32,000 nt of DNA from Nitrosospira multiformis ATCC 25196 (lineage in GTDB: Bacteria; Pseudomonadota; Gammaproteobacteria; Burkholderiales; Nitrosomonadaceae). The notes below the pieces were generated by a model that made no database searches, had not been told where the DNA came from, and saw only the letters and a program-made list of their open reading frames with translations. The stretch covers positions 1,530,001 to 1,562,000 of the forward strand of contig NC_007614.1 in NCBI RefSeq assembly GCF_000196355.1, written 5' to 3'. Below, piece after piece: positions 26,468 to 32,000 of this stretch; positions within the stretch are counted from its first letter, which is position 1, and each line of letters begins with the position of its first letter. The translations under genes were made by a program, and so were the position numbers.

Positions 26468-26502
26468 TCCTGAGCTTGCCAAACTTGCCAAAGGGCTCAG
26501 GA
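26468..26502. terminator. Hairpin (8-bp stem TCCTGAGC/GCTCAGGA, 19-nt loop) between convergent genes
   Basis: Read directly. The loop contains TTGCCAAA twice. There is no clear T-tract on either side, so terminator function is uncertain. Confidence 0.3.
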
Positions 26503-26525
26503 CGAAGGGAGACGAAGGTCTCGCT

Positions 26526-26744
26526 CTACCACAGATCCCCGAGCACCCTGTTGAGCATGAAAAGCACTACCGCCAGTCCCAGCAAACCCAGCAGCTTGCC
26601 GCTTTCCTCCATCCTGTCTGCGATCAAGCCCGGAATCTCGCCGGATTTGCGGAAGAAATACAATGCAACCGCAATGCCCGCCACCATTGCTGCATACAAT
26701 ATTTCCACATAGCCGATCTGAAAATACCATTCACTTTTATCCAC
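26526..26744 (-). CDS. Small two-TM hypothetical membrane protein (72 aa)
   Basis: GTG start with AAGGAAA 6 nt upstream. Two hydrophobic helices (ILYAAMVAGIAVALYFF and LLGLLGLAVVLFML). Lies downstream of the DJ-1/PfpI gene on the same strand. Confidence 0.5.
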   Translation of the reverse strand: MDKSEWYFQIGYVEILYAAMVAGIAVALYFFRKSGEIPGLIADRMEESGKLLGLLGLAVVLFMLNRVLGDLW

Positions 26745-26852
26745 GCGGCATTTCCTTTTCCTGTTTATCTTGCTCCCTGGTCGGCAGGGAACGCTTCTCC
26801 TGCTTCTCCTCTCGATAGACTCCTGCCGATGGAGGTCCGGCGGATTCTGCCT

Positions 26853-27542
26853 TTATGCGGCGACGACATGGAGTAGCCGCAGCAGTTCTTCCGCTGCCAG
26901 CCGGGAAGAGGCGGGATTCTGGCCGGTTATCAGCTTGTCATCGACCTTGACATAGGGCGTCCAGTTGTCCGCTTTGCTGTAAATGGCGCCACGTTCCCTC
27001 AATCGGTCTTCCAGCAGGAACGGAACAACCGGGGTCAAGCCGACTGCTGCTTCCTCGGCATTTGAAAAACCGGTCACGCGCATCCCTTTGACCAGATACT
27101 CCCCGTCTTTTCCACGCACATTGACCAAAGCGGCGGGAGCATGACACACTGCGGCAATCGGTTTATCGGCTTCTATGAATTCCTCCAGCAGTGAAATGGA
27201 TATGCGGTTGTCCGGCATGTCCCACATCGGCCCATGCCCTCCGGGATAAAAGACCGCATCGTAATCGGCTGCCGAGATATAGGTCAGCTCTTTCGTATGG
27301 GCAAGCTCAGCCTGCGCGGCGCCGTCTGTCCGAAAGCGGCGCGTCAGGTGAGTCTGATTTTCCGGGAGATCGCTTTTGGGGTCGATCGGCGGCATATTGC
27401 CTTTCGGCGATGCCAGCGTGATTTCCGCTCCCGCATCCTTGAATGCATAATAGGGAGCAACGAATTCTTCCAGCCAGAAGCCGGTCTTCTTTCCAGTGTC
27501 GCCAAGTTGATCATGGGATGTCAGAACGATGAGAATTTTCAT
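26853..27542 (-). CDS. DJ-1/PfpI-family (class-I glutamine amidotransferase-like) protein
   Basis: MKILIVLTSHDQLGDTGKKTGFWLEEFVAPYY. Nucleophile elbow IAAVCHAPAAL. The start is chosen at 27542 (GGAG 6 nt upstream) rather than the ORF-track 27578. Confidence 0.9.
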   Translation of the reverse strand: MKILIVLTSHDQLGDTGKKTGFWLEEFVAPYYAFKDAGAEITLASPKGNMPPIDPKSDLPENQTHLTRRFRTDGAAQAELAHTKELTYISAADYDAVFYPGGHGPMWDMPDNRISISLLEEFIEADKPIAAVCHAPAALVNVRGKDGEYLVKGMRVTGFSNAEEAAVGLTPVVPFLLEDRLRERGAIYSKADNWTPYVKVDDKLITGQNPASSRLAAEELLRLLHVVAA

Positions 27543-27646
27543 GTTCATCTCCTTTGTGGAAAAACATCGAAACGCCAACGGAAAATTGGAACAGTTAACC
27601 TATAGCAGGTATTGGCATCGCTTTCAAACTCGACAGTCGGCCCACG

Positions 27647-28642
27647 ATGCTCGCAATTGAAATACAACATCCGGGAGGGCCGGAGGTGCTGAGGCCTGCA
27701 TTCCATCCGGTTCCCCAGCCCGGCCCTGGTGAAATTCTGATCAAAGTGGCAACGGTCGGAGTAAATCGGCCCGATATCCTGCAGCGCCGGGGCCTTTACC
27801 CTCCCCCTCCGGGCGCCTCGGAAATCCCGGGACTGGAAGTCGCGGGGGAAATCGTTGAATCAGGCGAAGGCACAATCCGATTCAGGCCGGGCGAAAAGGT
27901 TTGCGCGCTGGTGGCGGGCGGTGGCTATGCCGAATACTGCGCCGTGCACGAAAGCAATGCCCTGCCGATACCATCAGGTCTCGGCATGATCGAGGCAGCG
28001 GCATTGCCGGAAACCTTTTTTACCGTTTGGACCAACCTGTTCCAGCGCGGCAAGCTAAAATCGGGCGAGACTGTACTCATTCATGGTGGCACTTCGGGCA
28101 TCGGCACCACCGCCACAATGCTGGCCAAGGCTTTCGGCGCTCTTGTCCTGACAACCGCAGGCTCGGAGGAAAAATGCCGGGCATGCGTTGCTCTGGGCGC
28201 TGATTTTGCCATCAATTACCGCACCCAGGATTTCGTCGAGGAAGTCCGGAAGTTTACGGATGGCAAAGGAGTCGATGTCATTCTCGATGTTGTCGCCGGG
28301 GACTACGTGGCGAGAAACTACAAGGCGGCTGCGCTCAATGGCCGTATTCTCCAGGTCGGCATCCAGAATGGGCCTGCCATGGAACTGAACCTGATGCCCA
28401 TGCTGGCAAAAAGGCTGACTCATACCGGGTCGACCCTGCGATCGCGCACGGTGCCTGAAAAGGCCCAGATTGCCCAGGAACTGGAGCAGCAGGTCTGGCC
28501 ATTATTGCATGAGGGAAAAATAAAACCGCAAATATTCAAAACATTCCGACTGGAGGAAGCTGCCGAGGCGCATGTATTGATGGAATCAGGCGCCCATATC
28601 GGAAAAATCGTATTGATGACAGGAGCAACTATCTCCGCTTGA
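27647..28642 (+). CDS. NAD(P)H:quinone oxidoreductase (medium-chain dehydrogenase/reductase, PIG3/Qor type)
   Basis: 331 aa. GEILIKVATVGVNRPDILQRRGLYPPPPGASEIPGLEVAGEI. Cofactor motif IHGGTSGIGT. C-terminal HIGKIVL. Confidence 0.9.
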   Translation: MLAIEIQHPGGPEVLRPAFHPVPQPGPGEILIKVATVGVNRPDILQRRGLYPPPPGASEIPGLEVAGEIVESGEGTIRFRPGEKVCALVAGGGYAEYCAVHESNALPIPSGLGMIEAAALPETFFTVWTNLFQRGKLKSGETVLIHGGTSGIGTTATMLAKAFGALVLTTAGSEEKCRACVALGADFAINYRTQDFVEEVRKFTDGKGVDVILDVVAGDYVARNYKAAALNGRILQVGIQNGPAMELNLMPMLAKRLTHTGSTLRSRTVPEKAQIAQELEQQVWPLLHEGKIKPQIFKTFRLEEAAEAHVLMESGAHIGKIVLMTGATISA

Positions 28643-28645
28643 TCC

Positions 28646-29047
28646 TTACAGGTGGCTAAAGAATGCCGGTGGACTTGACCACTTATCGTGCAACCCATCA
28701 ACGTAAGTGACGGGGATTTTCGAAAGCATCTCATCAGTAACATTCGTGAGGCAGCCCAGGTTGACGCCATACATCTTGCCGATAGGTGTTTCATTTCCCA
28801 CACCGAAGCAGCGAACACCGCAGTGCTTGCAGAAATAGTGATAGGTTTTCCGGGTGTTGAAAGCATACTGTGTCAGTTCAGACTCACCCGTCAGTAAACG
28901 AAAGTTTTCCGGCTTGGCTATGGCCGGCCAGAAGCGGGTACGCCGGCATATGGAGCAGTTGCATCGAAATGAGCCCTGAGTAAGGTCCAGATCGGCCTCG
29001 AATGTTACAGCTCCACAATGACAGCTGCCCCGATACGTCTCCAGCAT
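28646..29047 (-). CDS. GFA-family (CENP-V/glutathione-dependent formaldehyde-activating-like) zinc protein
   Basis: 133 aa. Cys motifs GSCHCGAV, CNCSIC and FCKHCG. GGAG lies 8 nt upstream of the ATG. Sits 73 nt downstream of the RHS stop on the same strand. Confidence 0.85.
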   Translation of the reverse strand: MLETYRGSCHCGAVTFEADLDLTQGSFRCNCSICRRTRFWPAIAKPENFRLLTGESELTQYAFNTRKTYHYFCKHCGVRCFGVGNETPIGKMYGVNLGCLTNVTDEMLSKIPVTYVDGLHDKWSSPPAFFSHL

Positions 29048-29120
29048 CAGAAATTCTCCATAGTGCTGCTTTATTTCCTGTCTTCCTGACCGCCCGTATT
29101 CACCGGCCTTCCAGAGTGCG

Positions 29121-32000
29121 CTAACCCCACTGCGGAATTTTAGGACGATCCGGTTCCGGCGTTACAGGATCAGTGGCACGCAGGCCAGGGGGCACATTGC
29201 TTTCGGCAATGCGCTCCCAGAAACTGTCCAGTCCGTTTCCTTCGAACACGCGGGTCGCCTGGAAGAATCCAAACGCAGCGTTGCTCAACATGTGCCCGGA
29301 TTCATGCTCGAACGTAGCCGGAATAATCTCTCCTCCCACATAGCGCGCAGTATTCACGAAGCTGAAACCGCCGAAATTGAAAGCCCTGCCATCCAGTTGA
29401 CCCACCCATCCGCCCACCGTGAAAATGTTGCCTGTTTTCCAGTCAACCTGCATGTCACGGATTCGCAGCTTGTCCACCTGCCCGAAGGTGACGAGATAAC
29501 CGACGACATTCAGGGCGAACAAGACGAGGCCGATGGCATGGCCCGGCCAGCTCATGGGCATGAGGTAGCTGGTCCAGCCAAGTATGCCCTGGTAGACATC
29601 GCTCTTCGCTACCGGTGGGATCACCGCCAGGAAGGTGATGATACCCAGTGCCGCACCGATGATCGGACCGAAGATCATGCCGCCGATCATTGCGTTGGCG
29701 CCCGCTGTAAAACCGATCAACGCACCGCGCAGTGCACCTTCCCAGCTTCCATAGGCGATGCCCCCTACGACAGCCCCGATGGCCGCCCCTGCGAGTCCTG
29801 CTACCGCCGCGTAAGCCAGGAGGGTGCCAAAGCCGATTGCGGTGCCTACTCCGAAAGTCAGCACGGAAACGGCAACCACGGCCACCACGACGGCAATGGC
29901 GATGACAATGGCGCCCAGCACGTCCCAGAAGCCCAATCCGCTCGGATCGACGTAGCGAACCGGATTGTTGCCCGCGTACGCGTATGGGTTCAAGCGCTTT
30001 GGCTCCTGCAAGCCCTGTTCCGGCTGATAAAGATAGAGCGGATCGGGCGAAATGAAGCGTCCCATTACCGGCGAGTACCAGCGCGCATTGAAGTAGTACA
30101 GTCCTATGTCCGCATCGAGTTTTTTGGTTGCGAAAGCCGGCGGAAGTGCGCCGGAGGGAGCCACGAGCACGCTCCCGAATGGATGAAAAGCGGTTTCCGT
30201 CAGAAGATTGCCACCCGCATCGGTATAAATGACCGCACTGCCCAAGTGATCGTTATGTATGAAAACCATCATTCCATCTGCAACACAGGCGACCGGGAGG
30301 TCGCCTGCGAGTATCCAGCGCTGCGTGGTGCCATCCTTCGACTCGAACAGGTTATCCACGTAATGCGTCGTTTCGGTCAAGCCCCCCGCGGTTGCTTCGC
30401 GCCTGCTCAGCACGCCCTTGTGGTCATAGAAGAAAACCACGTCCGTTCCCCCCGCAACCTGCACCCGCGAGAGTTGCTGCTTGGCATCGAAGGTCAGGGT
30501 GCGTCCGGGCATGGAAATGACGTTGCCGTTCGCATCGTACCCGAACAGGGTAACGGCATTGATGCCATCATTGTGGCCGCTCAGGCGGTTACTGTTGCCG
30601 CCATTCTCGTAGAAGAGCGGATTGGAACTGATCAGGGGATTGCGAAGGAAGTTCGCTGCCTGGTCATATTCATAGACGTGCGAATAACCGGCGCCCGGAT
30701 CCGGACTGGAAGCCTCCAGAAGATTGTTGAATGCATCATACCCGAAGCTTTGCGTCCGCACGAATCCGGCTGCTGCAGCCCGCAAATCCTCGATCGCGGC
30801 TACATTCCCCGCCTTGTCGATGTCATACCGGGTATGAAAATAGACCGCGCCCGTCTCCAGCCGATGAGTGCGAAGCTCCCGCAGCCTCAGGGAAACGGGG
30901 TCGTAGTCGTATTCCGTCCGCACACCATTCTCATACTGGAGTGCGGTTCGCACCCCTGCGGCCGTATATTCGATAGTATCGACTACACCGGGAATGCGCC
31001 GCAGCAGGAATCCAGAATAGTATTCGAAATCGACAACGGCTCCGTCGGGATAGCTCAAGCGAGTCATACGGCCGATCCTGTCGAATGTGTAATTCAACGC
31101 AAGAGCGTCGGTCTCACCGGGCGCCAGCCTGGAACGCAGAATGACATTGCCGCGCTCATCGTAGCTGTAAGTGGTTTCACCGGCGGGAGCAACGGTTCGC
31201 GCCAACCGGCCTGTCAGATTTGCGCCGCTCCCTGCATCGTAGAAATACTGCTCCGGCTCCCCTCCTCCATACGCGGTGGCAGTGATGCGGTTCAATTCAT
31301 CGTAAGTCCGGTTGATCGACTCGTCTGCGGCATCCACCTGAAGCGCGAGATTTCCGGAGGCATCACAGGCCAGCAGGCGGTTGCCCGCGTCCACATGTTC
31401 GATCCTGATCTCCTGCCCGGTGAGATCGCGGGTGATACGGCTGAGGATAATGCCACGGGGATCGGTGATCTGCCGCAAGCGTCCTGCACCATCGAGCTCA
31501 TAGCGGGTCGTGCGGATCGTACTTTGGTCGCGCTCTTCCACTCCGATCAAGCGGTACCAGGAATCGTAGAGCTCGCGCCGGGGCGTTCCAAACGAAACTT
31601 CCGCCCCGGGATCGTTATCTCCGCCATCGGAGAAAAGCGTATCGAATGGCCGGTATTCCGCGCTCGATTCACCCCCGTCGGGGTGCACTGTACGGATTGC
31701 CCGACCGAGTGCATCGAAGAAAAAGTGCCGTCGCGGTGCGGAAGGGTCAGCGGGATATGGCTCAAACTCCAACCCTTCGGCATAGAACGACTCTAGTTTT
31801 TCCGCCATTTTCCCCCGTACATTGGTCACAGCCTGCCCGCTCACCGAAACCCTGGCGCCGTCATGCTCTGTGCGGCGCTGATATAACGCGCCGCCTCCAT
31901 CGAGATACTCATTGATCGCGATGGTGCGGGAATCTCCGGAAATCACGCGATAACGCGTGTTGCGCAGTGCCGGCAGTGCTGAAGTTTCGTACGAATAGGT
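29121..32000 (-). CDS. RHS/YD-repeat protein with variable C-terminal domain (5' end outside window)
   Basis: The frame stays open to nt 32000 (TYSYETSALPALRNTRYRVISGD...). There are many YD-type repeats (YSYDERGN, YDYDPVS, FGYDANGN, FFYDHKG). The RHS core end is YYFNARWYSPVMGRFISPDP...NPYAYAGNNPVRYVDPSGL. Confidence 0.9.
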   Translation of the reverse strand, partial: TYSYETSALPALRNTRYRVISGDSRTIAINEYLDGGGALYQRRTEHDGARVSVSGQAVTNVRGKMAEKLESFYAEGLEFEPYPADPSAPRRHFFFDALGRAIRTVHPDGGESSAEYRPFDTLFSDGGDNDPGAEVSFGTPRRELYDSWYRLIGVEERDQSTIRTTRYELDGAGRLRQITDPRGIILSRITRDLTGQEIRIEHVDAGNRLLACDASGNLALQVDAADESINRTYDELNRITATAYGGGEPEQYFYDAGSGANLTGRLARTVAPAGETTYSYDERGNVILRSRLAPGETDALALNYTFDRIGRMTRLSYPDGAVVDFEYYSGFLLRRIPGVVDTIEYTAAGVRTALQYENGVRTEYDYDPVSLRLRELRTHRLETGAVYFHTRYDIDKAGNVAAIEDLRAAAAGFVRTQSFGYDAFNNLLEASSPDPGAGYSHVYEYDQAANFLRNPLISSNPLFYENGGNSNRLSGHNDGINAVTLFGYDANGNVISMPGRTLTFDAKQQLSRVQVAGGTDVVFFYDHKGVLSRREATAGGLTETTHYVDNLFESKDGTTQRWILAGDLPVACVADGMMVFIHNDHLGSAVIYTDAGGNLLTETAFHPFGSVLVAPSGALPPAFATKKLDADIGLYYFNARWYSPVMGRFISPDPLYLYQPEQGLQEPKRLNPYAYAGNNPVRYVDPSGLGFWDVLGAIVIAIAVVVAVVAVSVLTFGVGTAIGFGTLLAYAAVAGLAGAAIGAVVGGIAYGSWEGALRGALIGFTAGANAMIGGMIFGPIIGAALGIITFLAVIPPVAKSDVYQGILGWTSYLMPMSWPGHAIGLVLFALNVVGYLVTFGQVDKLRIRDMQVDWKTGNIFTVGGWVGQLDGRAFNFGGFSFVNTARYVGGEIIPATFEHESGHMLSNAAFGFFQATRVFEGNGLDSFWERIAESNVPPGLRATDPVTPEPDRPKIPQWG
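29124..29933 (-). other. RHS C-terminal tip after DPSGL: 270 aa, made of a glycine-zipper hydrophobic block and an HExxH-containing module
   Basis: Residues 1-150 of the tip (29484-29933) form 4-5 hydrophobic helices rich in GxxxG/AxxxG (GAAIGAVVGGIAYG, GANAMIGGMIFGPIIGAALG). Residues 151-270 are soluble and carry TFEHESGHMLSNAAFG (HESGH codons at 29292-29306). Confidence 0.7.

Noticed and set aside
29292-31796. An 834-aa ORF on the + strand, the second-longest ORF in the window
   Set aside because: It is entirely antisense to the RHS gene, whose YD repeats and DPSGL core end give strong independent support. The + strand translation is low-complexity (Arg/Gly/Ala/His-rich) with no recognisable motif or SD. 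This is a typical shadow ORF of a GC-rich, codon-biased gene.
1-32000. Looked for CRISPR arrays, IS elements and transposases, integrases, rRNA, and long direct or inverted repeats bounding the 20-29 kb accessory block
   Set aside because: I saw none by eye. A whole-window self-alignment (dot plot) would be needed to exclude short terminal repeats.

Overview
The window reads as a proteobacterial chromosome segment. Gene order and a PEP-CTERM sorting tag suggest a betaproteobacterium, but that is inference only.

**nt 1-14861: flagellar locus.** It is almost uninterrupted and runs fliD (3' part), fliS, fliT, then a 0.4-kb G-rich tract with no convincing gene. Next come a FliK-like ORF overlapping an FlhB-C-terminal-domain-only ORF, divergent fliE, and fliFGHIJKLMNOPQR. 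Many start/stop overlaps (ATGA, TGATG, TAATG) link these genes.

**nt 14864-20259.** This part holds a divergent pair of secreted proteins (one PEP-CTERM), a class-I aminotransferase and uvrB. A 326-nt structured intergenic region separates the last two.

**nt 20300-29050: accessory mosaic.**
- two small secreted proteins with their own promoters
- a small membrane protein, a signal-less SLT lytic transglycosylase and a Cys-rich mini-ORF ending at a clean terminator
- a GT2 glycosyltransferase and a DUF1579-like protein
- a Baeyer-Villiger-type flavin monooxygenase interrupted by one in-frame TGA
- a DJ-1/PfpI protein, a quinone oxidoreductase and a GFA-family protein

**nt 29121-32000.** This is the 3' part of a large RHS/YD-repeat gene whose 5' end lies outside the window.

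**Most worth a second look:**
- the RHS C-terminal tip: a multi-helix glycine-zipper hydrophobic block plus an HExxH module, with no classical small immunity ORF
- the G-run/GGA-dense tract after fliT, which ends in a perfect 12-bp hairpin
- the unresolved start of the FliK-like ORF
- the promoter/structure/T-tract ensemble upstream of the aminotransferase
- the TGA-interrupted monooxygenase

I saw no rRNA, tRNA, CRISPR array, transposase or integrase. All family calls come from motif recognition by eye, not from searches.
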